In this document: positions 13,701 to 27,215 of the stretch, one piece after another
Position numbering within the stretch: the stretch's first letter is position 1
Layout of the letters: each line of letters starts with the position of its first letter
Source: Psilocybe cubensis
Taxonomy: Eukaryota
Length of the DNA stretch: 64,000 bases
Direction of reading: 5' to 3'
NCBI GenBank assembly: GCA_017499595.2
Contig: CM039010.1
Location: forward strand, 1,860,001-1,924,000
The notes under the pieces: model-generated
The model's input: only the letters and a program-made list of their open reading frames with translations
Told to the model about the DNA's origin: nothing
Databases searched by the model: none
Translations under genes and position numbers: made by a program

Positions 13701-16445
13701 CAATTCAATGTGTCAATCCATTATGGTCATATTTCCACACCACCTTACAATTCCACACACGAGGCCCCAAAAATAGAACAGCCACCATCACCATCTGTCA
13801 ATCCGTCCATCAAATCCCACGCTTTAGACAATAATGACCCACATGAAGAAGAACCAGCTGACAACAATCCAGAAATGGAACAATTGAGCTTGCCCAATGT
13901 AGAAGCTATTCAATTCTCTTCTGACAATACTCACCTTACAGCTATGGGAATGATCAACCCCCACTTGCGCTTTGAAGACTGGATTCTATACGACGCCACT
14001 TATTTTTCTCCTACTTGTGTTGTTTCTGACCAAACAGGAACGGCCTTTGTCCATTATGTTTATCCGCAGAGAGACAACCATATAAACTTGACAACAACTC
14101 CAACTATTCTACACTTTAGTCGCACTGGTACCTCGTCACAATCTAACCACTCTGCTTCAGTCAGTGCCTATCCAATGGGCCAACGTCACTCAGCATCCTG
14201 GACTCATTTTATTCCCCAATCCATTTGCTCTCAAAATACTTCTTCTATTCCCCAACCTCATTTCCGAAGTTCTGCTCTTCCAGAAACACCTCTTTCGATT
14301 ATGATTCACCAAGAAATACGTGTATCATTGACGGTCACCGCAAATGTAGACAAGCATCATCGAGGTCCGAAACCTTTGGGACATCCTTTGCGAGTAGCCC
14401 ATGAGAACTCAAAGGAGCCATTAAACAAGGATGAAGAAGAGCTACAAAGCGCCCACAATGGCAAAGAGGTTGACCACAATTCTTCCCTTTTATCTCTTCC
14501 CACAACCAGCACAATGCACGAATCGCGAGCTTCAAATATGGACAATGGAAACGAATGGTACTATCAATATGGAGAAAAAAGTCCCTTTGGTATCGACAAC
14601 ACGGAAGAACATCCCTTGGACGCCAACACATTGTACTGACTATCTGGATGGTGTATGGACATCAGCTTGCTTCCTCAACGCCCTCTCTTTGTTCTCCAAT
14701 CCCCTCAATTTTTCTTTGTCACCTTTGCTGTTCCTGGTATTTCTTCTTCCTCATTGTTATGCCTTTATCCCACCTCCCATTTTATTTCCACATTTCGCGT
14801 TTCTCTTTTCCATTTCACGGACACTTATGTAGATTTTTCATTTGTGCAACGAGTTCTTGAATGCCTCTACTTTTCTTTTATGCGCCTTTTCCTCACATTC
14901 ACACTTTCAATGGCAACTCCACACTATACAACCTTTCCCTTTACTTTTTATTTTCATTTTCTTTCCAATTTATCCATTTGTATGTATGTCGACCGAAAAG
15001 TCATTAAACTAACCTTTATTTATTCCTCCCTTTTATTTATTTGTTCCACCCCCGCTTTATCACTTCAGTCCGCAAACAAATCTTCAGGTTACCTATTGCA
15101 GAGTTCTTGGAGGAACACACGCAACCTCCCAATGGAATGCTATACGGAATCTCTATCTCCAATATACGCCACTATTACACCTCCAATACGCCTCGAACTC
15201 CTACAGAATTGGGAAGGGCTTTATCTTATCCACAAAGAGCAAAAAATCAAGCTTACGGACAAGATAAGAAGGACAATCACTCCATTACCTCTGATGGGTC
15301 AAGATCTACAGAAATTTTGAATAGACCAAAGCATTTATGCAAGATCATGGTCACTCAATTCAGATATTACTGCTAAACCCACCGTCAACCGAACTAATTC
15401 AGCAAGGTCGCCAAGCTCTCCTACAATTGGTTTTGTATTCACTGCCGCGTCAGGATCGACACTATCAATCTTCCAAGCCTCCATGAATCAATTCATATCG
15501 CCTATTCTCTCCCCTTCTTCTGCCAATACTGCCTATAAACGAGTTGATTGGAAAGTTTGACCTATAAATTGGGTTACTCCAGAATTGGCCAAAGTTATAT
15601 GATGAATTCCTGTTGATCCCTTATTATCTCTCCCACCTCTCCCGCTCCATTCCCCTGCCTTTACACCGACAACCAGACTCACTCTTGAACACATACAATC
15701 AATGAACATTAACGTCAACAAATTTCTATGGCCGGAAGAAGAAAAGCTTTTCCTTCATATTCTTAAACTCAATGAACGCACACTTGCTTTTCATCAGTCC
15801 GAACGTGGAATATTTTCCAAAGAATACTTTTCTCCATACATCTTTCCTGTTGAGGATCACGAGCCCTGGGTAGTCCAAAATATTCCTATTCCACCCGGCA
15901 TCAAAGATCAAGTTATCAGTTTCTTACGTGAAAAGATAGATGCTGGAGTATACAAACCAAGTCAAGCTCCGTATTGCTCTCCAATTTTCTGGGTCAAGAA
16001 GAAGACATTTGGTGCTATCCGTCTAGTTCATGATCTGCAGATTCTTAACTCTATTTCCTATTGCGACGCAGGAGTTCCTCCAGTTCTTGACGACTTTGTG
16101 GTTCCCTTTGCTGGTCATTCTATTTATACGGTCTTTGACTTATATTGGGGATATGACACACACAAAATCCATCCTATGAGCCGAGATCTTATCACATTCC
16201 AGTTGCCTAATGGACCTCTTCAACTTACTTCAATGCCTATGGGATATACAAATGCAGTAGCAGAGTTTCAAGCCTGTACCACCTTCATCCTTTGTGACGA
16301 GATCCCTCATGTAGCCAATGTCTTTATCAACAATGTTTCTATCAAAGGCCCTTCAACACAGTACTTAGACGAGGACGGCAATCCAGAAACACTTCCAGAA
16401 AATCCAGGAATACGACGATTTGTCTGGGAACACGCTCAAGATGTT
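10758..16445 (+). pseudogene. Gypsy A single-frame gag-pol (gag, protease, long spacer, RT), truncated within RT
   Basis: ORFs at 10758, 12441, 12954, 13200, 14655 and 15702 share one frame; knuckle CYGCHQQGHGINNC, ALIDSRS, LLGRPW, MPMGYTNA, FINNV (decayed FIDD). Confidence 0.9.
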
Positions 16446-16718
16446 CCATCAACTAAATAGGCAGTAGATTACAATGCTATGTAAACCAATACAATAAATT
16501 TTTAGTCTTACAAATCCACCCAATTTTTGGGGCCTGGTTTACATTGTCAAGCAATATCTTTATTAACTTTACAATATCCAAACAATTATTTGTTTTACCC
16601 TGCAAATTCAAGTAAGAATTTTTGTATGTTTATGACAAGTCTGGTTGACCGGCCATTACATAACCGGTTGACATAGGGGCCGTATGTCTTGGCCCGGCAC
16701 GTGTGTTAAATATAACAT

Positions 16719-17396
16719 ATGATTGCTCATTTAAAGTTTCACACACGGTAAGCATTGTATTTCCATACGTATACATAAAATAAATACGCTAATCCGTTAA
16801 AAACTCGTCAATATCAAGCTCATCATCGACGACAATGACCAAAACGGGCGTGGAAAAGCGCGCTGCAGTCGTCAACGATGGCGGCGTGCTTCTTTTTTTC
16901 AACACCACCACCACAACCACCATAACCAAAACCCGCCACAGCACATCAGTAACTTGTCACCACCGTCATATAACGGCATCAGCAGAGTTAACAGAAGAGT
17001 ACATATGGATGAGCAAGGTGAGTCTTCAATATTCAAAGTAAGTACTCACTGTTAATTTTTTTTGCACTCCCAGGAGTACAATTCGGCCTTGCGATCAATT
17101 GCGACGGCCTCAGGCTCAATGTTGCCGTCAATGGCCACAACGGGCACACCAAAATCGGCGTCAATGTCGATACCAACAACAAGATTGAGATAGTGTTCAG
17201 CGTCGACAAGCCAGCAACCGGGCGAGTCCATACCGACCCTGTCACTTCGACCAACAGCCAAATTCGAGAGGGGCAGGAAGCTGGGCAGCTAGTCGTTGCT
17301 GTTGAGAATTGTATCAAGGCATTGAGGACTATTGAAGCCAGGGACGTCAAGATGCGCGATGGGGAGGGCAATGATCAGGACGTTGAGATGGAGTAA
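16719..17396 (+). CDS. Small spliced hypothetical protein with a His/Asn-rich tract; possibly a pseudogene
   Basis: Donors GTAAGC (16748) and GTGAGT (~17018); the spliced frame reads ..ASFFQHHHHNHHNQNPPQ..EQGVQFGLAINCDG..DVEME*. Confidence 0.45.
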
Positions 17397-17770
17397 AAGG
17401 TCCATGGTACAACAATGAAATATCAATTTATTTTTGCAAATCTACTCTTGAGAATACAACCAACGTTTAAACAGACTGGGGAGAGCCATTATAACCCCGC
17501 ATGTCCTCCTTCAATATGTCCTGTACAGATGGGATCTGGCTCTGCACGTTCGGGGAATGGGTGGGGGTGATTCCGCTCTGGGGCCTTGATACGGACTGGT
17601 CGGTTACAATTGGGAGAGTAGTAAATTATACCGTCTTGTAGAAAGACGGAGCCCTGGGACCAGTCAAAGGAGGGCGTAGTCTGTTGCAACCAAATACACC
17701 TTGATATTGTAAGATACATATGGGGGCATTATGGACAGTCAGGGGAGCAGGAATTCCAATTTATTGGTGC

Positions 17771-17904
17771 GTACTGCCCTGGCAATGAGCCTGGGTAGTT
17801 TAAGTGTTCTGTCCTAGCAATGAGCCTGGGTAGTTTATGAGTTTTGCCCAAGCAATGAGCCTGGGTAGTGTCTCACGTTCTGCCCTAGCAATGAGCCTGG
17901 GTAG
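17771..17904. repeat. Four 28-bp quasi-palindromic repeats, 35-36-bp period
   Basis: Consensus GTTCTGCCCTAGCAATGAGCCTGGGTAG at 17771, 17806, 17841 and 17877 with 7-8-nt variable linkers. Confidence 0.9.
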
Positions 17905-18037
17905 CAAAGAAGAACCAATGACGCAGGAACGTGTTGAGATCACCATGCGTTTTGGAGTTTGAAATTGCCATCAGGCGGAATCTGAATTTGGGTAGGATTC
18001 CGTTTGTTGGCTCTGTTGACTTCCGCACCACTACCAC

Positions 18038-18253
18038 TCTTCAACCCACGGAAATACCTGGGGGTTTGTTGGGTGGCAGTCTGCTGACTATGGTGATTCC
18101 ATAGTCTGTAGGCTGCTCAAGTCAGTGCCCACATCCTTCAACCCACGGAAATACCTGAGGGTTTGTTGGGTGCGCGTATATACCCCTTCTCGTCGTCGAA
18201 AGCCCTGGCCACAAGCTTCAACACACGGGTATACCTGGGGCGTCTTGGGTGGC
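18038..18253. repeat. Three dispersed ~37-bp repeats
   Basis: CTTCAACCCACGGAAATACCTG.GGGTTTGTTGGGTG near 18039 and 18136, with a degenerate copy near 18216. Confidence 0.75.
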
Positions 18254-19914
18254 TACCTCCTGGCTATGGTGATTCACGGTGGGCTATTTTTATCCTCTGA
18301 CAGCTCGCTGTCAATGGCGATTGCGCCTCCTTCGCCCGCTAGTTATAGCAATGGCGCGGAATAGCGCGGATATCTGTACCTCCTCAGGTGTCCATTACAC
18401 CACTGCGCTCAGTATATGCAAAAGGGAGTTTTTTTCATCTCTTTTCTTCCCATACCACCACTATCCACCACCATACTCACCCTGACCCAGATTGAAAAAG
18501 CCCTCACGGCTATTGACACCAACAAAGAACTCAAGTAAGCCTGAATCCCCCCCTTCCCTGTCCCCATGCGCGTTAACCGCTAACATTATTTGTAGATGCC
18601 CCGAACTAGCAGACACTCTGAAGGGCGCGAGATGGATTCACCAGTCCATCGACCCATTTTTGAACGTAAAGAGCGTCATCCAAGAGGGTCTCAAGTTTCT
18701 GGCCAACCATATAACGGATGGTATGACCCGACAACAAATATTAGAGTAAGTATATGCACCTTTTTTTTTCTGGGGTATTTATTTATGCATATATTAGTTT
18801 ACAACCCAAGCTCTGGTCCTTCTATGAGATGCAGAACTTGATGCCCGACCTTATGGATATCATCAGGAAGTGCGAGGACAATTCTGCCTTGATTGGCAAA
18901 GTCATTGATTTGGTAAGAATTTTGTGAGGTCGCATGTACAGATTGACTAACCATACTTGTAAGGTATCGAGTGCTGCAGCTCATTCGCAATCCGACAATC
19001 TCTTCAAGGCACATAAGTTGATCCCGGAGTTGATCCCATATAATCTGAGGGTCCCACTTGACCTACAGGCCTACAAACTGGCCTGTGCCAGGGTAAACCG
19101 GGGCTATAAACACCCTGCATACGCCGCTCTTTTAATCCTGCGTGTCAAGTTCGCCGAGCTTGCCGACCTCAATGCGCGTGAAATTCTGTAAGTCGGCTTG
19201 TTATTTTCTGCGAATATGAGTTGATTTATTTGTGGATAGCGTGCAATGTGAATCACTCAAAGCCGATACCAAAAATGGAGACACACTGGATTGGCCAGCT
19301 TGCTTGTATGACCCTGACATCCCATTTGACATAGACGACGAGATCCAAGGTCTGTTTCGACCACTCTTGGGTCCCCAAGTAAGTTTTTTTTTATGTTTTG
19401 ACATGTCATTGATACATATTGGCACTCTAGTTTGTCCAACGTATGCTTGTAGGCGAGGCCAACAGGCTTGGAGGACGTGCCAGCAAAGGACAGATTCACA
19501 AAGTATATGAACTAACAATAAGACTCATATGTTATTATTGCATGATGGTAAGTGGACATTGCCAGTAGTTTGTCAGTGCTAACCTCCTTCAAAGCTTGTC
19601 ATTGCAATCAGCGGTAAGACTTGGCCTGAGGTGAAGAGCATTTTGAAGGCCAACCGCCTCTACGCATCTATACTGATGCTTCTGTTGGGTCTTTCTGATG
19701 ACGATACGTGGGCCAAGGAGACTGTGGCTTGGTAGCAAGAGTAAGCGTGCCTTACGCGCTTGATTTTATGCTAATAAATTTCTAGGAACATTATCTTGCC
19801 ATCCGAGCCCGTGGATTATGACAAGAAGTCGCCCCCTTTGGAAGGTAGTGCACGCAACGGATGCCTCAGAGACCCGGTAGAACAGCGTAAAGCTCAAATG
19901 GCCGCTGCGGCTCA

Positions 19915-20105
19915 AGCACCTGCACCTGCACCCCCTTGTGCACCTGCACCCGCACTCCCTCGTGCACCTGCACCTGCACCCCCTCGTACACTCACACCCG
20001 CACTCCCTTGTGCACCTGCACCTGCACCCCCTCGTACACCCACACCCGAACCTGCTCGTGCACCCACACCCGGACCTGCATCTGCTCAAGCACGCGCACC
20101 CTCCT
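19915..20105 (+). repeat. Coding minisatellite (GCACCT-based, PAPAPPRA)
   Basis: Repeated GCACCTGCACCCCCTCGT units are visible. Confidence 0.9.
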
Positions 20106-21045
20106 CCCCCCGCCCCAGATAATGTGTCTGCACCAGTGCTTGCTAAAGCATTTGCAGCTGTTTTACTGGCGGAACCTGTTCCTAAACGAGTCTCCCGTTG
20201 CCAAATGACATTAAACACGATTAGGATCTCTTCAGAATTCCCCCTGACCTCCCTTCCAAGGATTCTTCCTCTTTTTCTTCCAAAAACGAACGCTCCCCTT
20301 TCCTACCAGCCCCGATCAAGATCAAAGTGCGTTTTCACTTGAGATTGGTTCATTACACTAATATTATGATTAGCTCCATGCAAAGAGGAAAGTGGCGCCA
20401 TGCCGCCCTGGTCCAAAGCGTAAAGACATGAGTGTATTTATTATATTCTCTATCTAGGGCTCATACATATTAGCTACAGGCACCACCTTCAGACCCCTTC
20501 GAGACCGGGATGAGGCCCTGCCTACTCCCAATTCTGACGCCACTGCCGCCAACGGTAAAGAACCACCAGCTAAAAAGGCCAAGAAAGGTGCCCAGCCCAA
20601 GGAAACGCGCCAACCTGTCAGGGCAACACTATAATCAGTGTGACAAGGCCACCAACAAAGATCAACAAGAGAGAGAGAGAGAGAGCAGAGGGAGAATAAG
20701 AGAGTGAGAGAGACTCAATGATTCTAAGAGATCACACCAATGATAGTGGATATCCTAAGAGATTGAAGCTGAAGCTACAGCTACCTACAAGTCCAGTATT
20801 TATACTCTACAGCTATTCTAGAATATTCCCTACATTACATCATAAAGGAAGGTTAAAGAATAAAAGTGACATCATATAGAAAAAGGATGAGTAAGACTAG
20901 GAATTATATAGAATTTACTAGAAAGAAGTGGAGCAAGAAGGCTGTGATGAAAGAAATAAACTATCTAATCAGATAATTGATAAGATAATGAAAGGATAAG
21001 ATAATTCTGTGAAGATAAAGAGGGGAAACTGGAGAAACCCTGACA

Positions 21046-24000
21046 TCACCCCCTCTCTAAGGCACATTTTCCACAATATGCACATGGATGGGTTAGTTTA
21101 GAGGGTTTAAGAAGAGGAGGAGGTTCAGTAAAGTTAATAATAGGAGTGAAAGAAAGTCTATCAAAGGTCACAGTAGAAATCCTTCTAGGTGCTGAAGGAT
21201 GTTTGGCATAGAAGTCCTTGATAGCCTTAGAAGCATTTTTCAAATGCTCTGCAGGCTCCCAAGTGCATTCTTCATTAGGATAGTTCTTCCACTTAACCAA
21301 ATATTAAAGTTTGTTTCTAAAAAGTCTGCTATCCTTGATAAATTCAACTTCCCACTTAGGATTTTCTCCTTGAATGACAGGAGGTGGTCTAGAAGGAGGC
21401 TTTCTTCCTACAATATCTGGGTGATAAGGTAGAAGTTTAACCACATTGAACACTGGATGGATTTTCATGGTAGATGGCAGCTTAAGCTCATAGGCATTAA
21501 AGCTAATAACTTTGGTAATTTTGTAAGGCCCATATCTTTTATCATCCAATTTCTTGGAGGGCCTATCAATTTTGAGGTCCTTGCCATCCAACCATACCAA
21601 ATCCCCAACTTTGTACTGAGTTGGAGTACCTCTGTGTCTATTATAGAATTTGGCCATATCATCAGCAGCTTTTCTAAGTGCAGACTCTGCTTCTTTCCTG
21701 GCTTCTTCCATATTTTTCACAAAGGTATCCACAGTGTCCATTTTACTATCTCTAAGGGGTTTAGTGCCCATTCTGGGATGTCTGCCATTATTGAGCATGA
21801 ATGGTGTCTGCCTGGTTGAAGCCTAAACTCTATTGTTATAAGAGAATTCAGCTAGAGCTAACCATTCAACCCAATCATCTTGTCTATGGTTTATAAAGAG
21901 TCTAAGATACTGCTCAATTTCTTGGTTAACTCTTTCAGTCTGACCATCAGTTTGGGGATGGTAGGCTGTAGATGAGGCTGTCTGGATACCAAGTATTGAG
22001 TTGAGTTCTTTTATAAACCTTGAGACAAACTGTGGACCTCTATCACACAGAATTTTAATGGGTAAGCCATGGTATTTCCAGACATAATCTCTGTATAGTC
22101 TGGCTGTCCCTTCAAAAGTGACTTCATCTGTAGTAGGGATAATGTGGATCATTTTACTAAGTCTATCTACAACCACCATAATGGCATTATACCCTTGACA
22201 TTCTGGTAACCCCATAATAAAGTCCACAGAGATGCATTGCCAGACATCAGAGGGAATCTCAGTAGGAATTAAAAGGCCAAGAGGTTTGGCTGGAAAGGTT
22301 TTGGTTCTGTTGCATCTATCACAACCTCTGGTATAGGCTGCAATAAAATGTGACATTCCTGGCCACCAATAATTCCTAGAGACTAGCTCAATTGTCTTCC
22401 ATTTCTCTGGATGTCCAGCAGTGAAGGCATCATGGTGCAGTTCCACAATCTTTCTTCTAAGATCTTTGTCCTTGGAAACATACACCTTCCCCCTGTAGAG
22501 AATAAGACCTTGTTCTTCTGACCATTCCTGTCCTTCAATCTTCTTGGTTGAAGATTTCTTGAGCTCCTGAACTGCCTTGACCACTTTTTCATCCATCTCC
22601 TTAGCTTCTCTAATCTTCTTAAGAAGATCATTTTCTGCACCAGTAATGGTAGCATGACCCTGCTTGAGAGCCTGGATTTTAAAGTAGAAAGGTTTGAGGA
22701 GAACTACATTTTGGTTATCATTCTCTCCCTTTTTATGATCTGGTCTCCTAGACAAAGCATCTGGCTTAAGAGATCTTTTACCAGGCCTATGATGAAGAGT
22801 AAAATCAAATCTGGACAGGAAGAGTGACCATCTGGCTTGCCTTCTGCTAAGCTTTTGGGCAACCATAAAGTACTCTAAGTTTTTGTGGTCTGTCCAAATC
22901 TCAAAGGAATATTGGGTTCCTTCAAGATAATGTCTCCATTCATCTAGTGCTCTGATAATAGCCAGCATCTCTTTGTCATGGATCTCATAATTCCTTTCTA
23001 CTTCAGATAGACTCTTAGACATAAAGGCTACAGGATGCCATTTCCCATCTGATCCTTCCTGAGATAAAACAGCCCCAGTAGCATAATCTGAACTGTCTGC
23101 TTCAACTTTCATATGGCTTGTTATCATCAGGGAAAATCAAGAAAGGTGAAGAAGTGACTTTCTTCTTTAACTGGTCAAAGGCTTCCTGCTGTCTAAGACT
23201 CTATCTCCAGACTGTTCCTTTCTTTGTCAATTCATGAAGGGGCTTAGCAATGTCTGCAAAATCCTCTATGAACCTTCTATAAAAATTAACAAATCCCAAG
23301 AATGATTGGACATCCTTGACATTTTCAGGTTCAGGCCATTTAGAAACTCCCTCTACCTTGACAGGATCCATCTCAATCCTGTCTTGTGAAATGATTAGTC
23401 CAAGATATTCAATCTTTTCCTTTTCAAATTCACATTTCTCTGCTTTAAGGTAGAGTTTGTTCTGTTCTAGGATTTGCAGAACTTGCTTGACTACCTCTCT
23501 ATAATGATCAAGAGTCTCAGTGAAAATTAAAATATCATCCATGTAGACAATGACAACATTTCCATCAATGAGCTCAATAAAGATATCATTCATCATAGTT
23601 TGGAAGGTAGCAGGACTATTGGTTAAACCAAAGAACATGACCAATGGTTCAAACAGCCCTCTATTGGTTCTAAAGGCTGCTTTCCATTCATCTCCCTTTT
23701 TGATTCTGACATTGTTAAATCCCCACCTAACATCAAGTTTGGTGAAGTATTTGGCTTTGCTGAGTTTGGTGATAATGTCAGAAATCAATGGAAGGGGATA
23801 GGAGTTCTTGATGGTCATTTCATTCAGTTTCCTATAGTCCTGGACAAGCCTAAGAGATCCATCCTTCTTCTTGACAAAGAATACAGGGGAGGCCATAGGT
23901 GACTTGGAGGGTCTAATCCTGCCAGACTTTAGATTTTCCTCTAAAAAGGCATCAAGTTCCTTTTGTTCATTGGGAGAGAGAGGATAAATCTTGGATCTAT

Positions 24001-24916
24001 AAGGTTCAGAACCAGGTTTCAGCTCAATAGCATGATCCCAAGGCTTTCTGTCTGGTAGCCTATCAAAAGATTCTTTTGAAAAAACACCTTTAAACTGATG
24101 ATAGTGCTTAGGAACAGTTTCTTCAAAGGTTTTCTTAGGAGAATCAGCTTGCTGATGAGACTCTTCTGCTAATCTTTGAGACATAGTAGAAGTAGCATTA
24201 ATAGACTGCTTCTGAGGATGAAGGTATGAGATGAAAATTCTGTCCTTAGGCTCAATCTCAGAATCAGAAGAATCTTCAATAGAATCATCTTCTTCTTCAT
24301 CAAATTGAGGGAGTTTCCTCCTTTTGACTGCGGCTATTCTTTGCCTCTTTCTTCTGGCTCTTTTGGCTTCCATTTGGCAGTCAGAGGGACATCTAATAAA
24401 CTGAACATCCCCTGTCTTCCAATCAACATCTGGATTATGGTGCCAAAGCCAAGTATGTCCAATGATAGCAGATTTGTCTCCTAAGTCACAAACAGCAAAG
24501 GTGGCCCTTTCTGTATGGTTCTTGTGTACCATAATTAAGTCTACTTCCTCATGGATAGAGCCACTCTTGTTGAGAGTACCATCAACATTATAGACTGGAA
24601 TGGCTCTAGAAAGTTTCCTTGTGTTGAGATTATGATACTTCACAAAACCAGAATGCAGAAAGAGGCCAGTAGCTCCAGAATCAAGCAAAGCATCAACAGA
24701 TAACCTTTTCTCTGTGTCCATTGTCTTTAAGGTGACAGACAAATGGGTAGAGGTTTTAGGATTATGGTTGAGGATGTAGATCTTTTCAGGGAAGGTAGAA
24801 AGAGAGGAAAAAGAAGACATGATTTCTGCACCAGAATCTGAAGACTGAGGATCAAGTCTGTCAATTTCATTTTCTAGTACATTAAATCTATTCCATTGGG
24901 ACATGTCTTTCACCAA
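21046..24916 (-). pseudogene. C1 pol: protease, RT, RNase H, integrase, chromodomain
   Basis: LLDSGAT, VYMDD, EADSSDYA, GQTERVNQ, YGPY and VKWKNYPNEECTWEP; stops at 23201, 21823 and 21304 and a frameshift near 23110. Confidence 0.95.
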
Positions 24917-24924
24917 TGGTGCTT

Positions 24925-26025
24925 CTAAAAATTTTTCTTTTCCTCATCTTTCTGCTCCTTTCCTTCCAAGATTAATTTCCCAAAGTAGTCAGCCAGTTCT
25001 TCATGGGTCATAGCATTGATGTTAACTAATGACCTGCAGTTTACAGCCTTATGACCAGGCTTTCTGCACTTGAAGCAAACGATTGGCCTAACTGACTTCC
25101 ATCCAGAGTCAACCTCCATGGGAACTACATCTGGTTGCTTTGCCTGAGCACCAAAGGTCCTTGAGCTGCTGTTGGAAAAGACTGGAGGATTTGGAGTAGG
25201 CTTAGGAACAGCCTTGGGAGTTGGGGCTTTAAGGAAGGGAGAAGAAGAGGAGAAGGAAAGAGACTTGGTAAAGGCCTCACTCTGTCTCCACTGCCTATCT
25301 AGCCTGGCACTCCATTTAATCCATCCATCCAAGGTTTTGGGCATGTCAGGAACATAGTAGACTGCATTCCTGAGATTTTCATTAAGCCCAGCCTTGAATT
25401 AGTCTACCAAAGCAGCATTATTATACCCAGTATCTGAGATCAGAGCCCTGAAGCTAGCAACATACTTATCAGCAGTCTGTCTGCCTTGCTTGAGCATGTG
25501 CATTTTATGCTTAGCTGTGTTGGAGGGGTCTGGATCTGCAAACACTTCCCTAAATTCATAAACAAAGTCAGCCCAAAGACCTTCTTGGGACTGAGCATTG
25601 TCTATTACTTTAGTCTTCTCATATGCCCACTTCCCAGCAGTACCTCCTTTCATATGAGATAGAGCACAAATAACTTTCTGAAAGTCATCTGTAATCCCTT
25701 TCCCATAGAAATATAATTTAAGCTGACTGAGGAAGTTTTCTGCCTTCTCCATAGAACCATCAAATGGATCTGGAGGTGAGACTTTAATGACAGAGTGTGA
25801 ACAGGAAGGGGCAACATGAGGGGTAGGGAAAGAGTGAATATCTAGAGCAGCAGGTGGTGGTGATGATGGTGACTGACTGACTGGTTGCTGAGGGTGTGGT
25901 GGAGTGAATGATGACTGCTGCTGCTGTCTAAGAAAATTCAACTCTTGGGTAAGGAGCTGGATCTGATGCATGAGCTCTTCCACAGAAGGAGTGGTGGGAG
26001 GCAATTGGGAGGGGTCCATGTCCAT
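24925..26025 (-). pseudogene. C1 gag with one premature stop
   Basis: PDPFDG, LKQGRQT and knuckle CFKCRKPGHKAVNC; CAA>TAA at 25399 relative to C2. Confidence 0.92.
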
Positions 26026-27215
26026 GGGTAGGGGTAGGTAGGCTCTCTGATGTGTGTGTGGGAGAAGCTATCTACTAAAAGTGCCCTTGAAACTATACTA
26101 AGTATTCTAAAAAAAATATCTATCTACTGGATACCTAGTTGTCACACCACTCAGGGCTCTAAACCTAGGATCACAGGGTTACTGGATATTTCCTAGACCA
26201 CCAAAAACAGAACACTAGTAGGACTGTGTCTGCCCCAACAGTTGGTATCCCTATCTACTAAGTTCACACACAGCACACAACAGAGAGTAGGAAAAATGAT
26301 GAGCCAAAGGTCTTGAGGAAAGGTCTTGAGGAGGATGTTAAAGATTGGTGGAAATGTAAAGGTTGGTAAGAAGATTGGTGAAGAGGTTGATGAAGAGGTT
26401 GGTGTTGGAAGTGGAGGAAGAAGGTTGAGGTGATGATGTTAAAGAGGTTGAAAAGTTTGGTGTTGAAAGAGAGATGGTGGAGTTGTCTTGAGAGAGCTTC
26501 AATCTTCTGTCAGGGCAACACTATAATCAGTGTGACAAGGCCACCAACAAAGATCAACAAGAGAGAGAGAGAGAGAGCAGAGGGAGAATAAGAGAGCAGA
26601 GTGAGAATAAGAGAGTGAGAGAGACTCAATGATTCTAAGAGATCACACCAATGATAGTGGATATCCTAAGAGATTGAAGCTGAAGCTACAGCTACCTACA
26701 AGTCCAGTATTTATACTCTACAGCTATTCTAGAATATTCCCTACATTACATCATAAAGGAAGGTTAAAGAATAAAAGTGACATCATATAGAAAAAGGATG
26801 AGTAAGACTAGGAATCATATAGAATTTACTAGAAAGAAGTGGAGCAAGAAGGCTGTGATGAAAGAAATAAACTATCTAATCAGATAATTGATAAGATAAT
26901 GAAAGGATAAGATAATTCTGTGAAGATAAAGAGGGGAAACTGGAGAAACCCTGACACAACCTATCAAACGTAAGGCTAAGATATTCTGATGTCTCTTATT
27001 GCTGTAATTATTGCTCTGTTCTGCCCTGCTTTCCATACCATGCCTGTACTTTTTTTTTATTTTTTTTTTATTTTATGTTATAGCCTCTGAGGGGTGGGCT
27101 CCTCCCTTGGCTTAGTACTACCATTACAGTTTCTCTATATAGGTTGTAATCCTACTGTTCCATGTGTATTGTGTAAAGGAATAAGAAGTGTTGCTTATGA
27201 GAGATTACGAACATT

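Larger units (their letters stand above)
20616..26956 (-). mobile_element. Chromovirus C1 (Tf1/sushi-type Gypsy), full length, 6341 bp
   Basis: TSD CAACC at 20611-20615 and 26957-26961. LTRs 20616-21045 and 26508-26956 differ by one substitution and a 19-bp indel by eye. PPT AGAGAGGGGG. Confidence 0.97.
18473..26989 (+). pseudogene. Multi-intron DUF6698-like gene with a Pro/Ala repeat; last exon split by C1
   Basis: Motifs RGYKHPAYAALL, WPACLYDP..QGLFR and DTWAKETVAW resemble DUF6698 (from memory). Removing C1 restores KETRQP-IKRKAKIF*. It has internal stops and the start is inferred. Confidence 0.6.

Noticed and set aside
17771-17904. CRISPR-like 28-bp repeats
   Set aside because: Linkers are only 7-8 nt and no cas genes are present.
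19766-20342. Cys-rich or His-rich proteins in alternative frames
   Set aside because: These are shadow translations of the Pro/Ala minisatellite.
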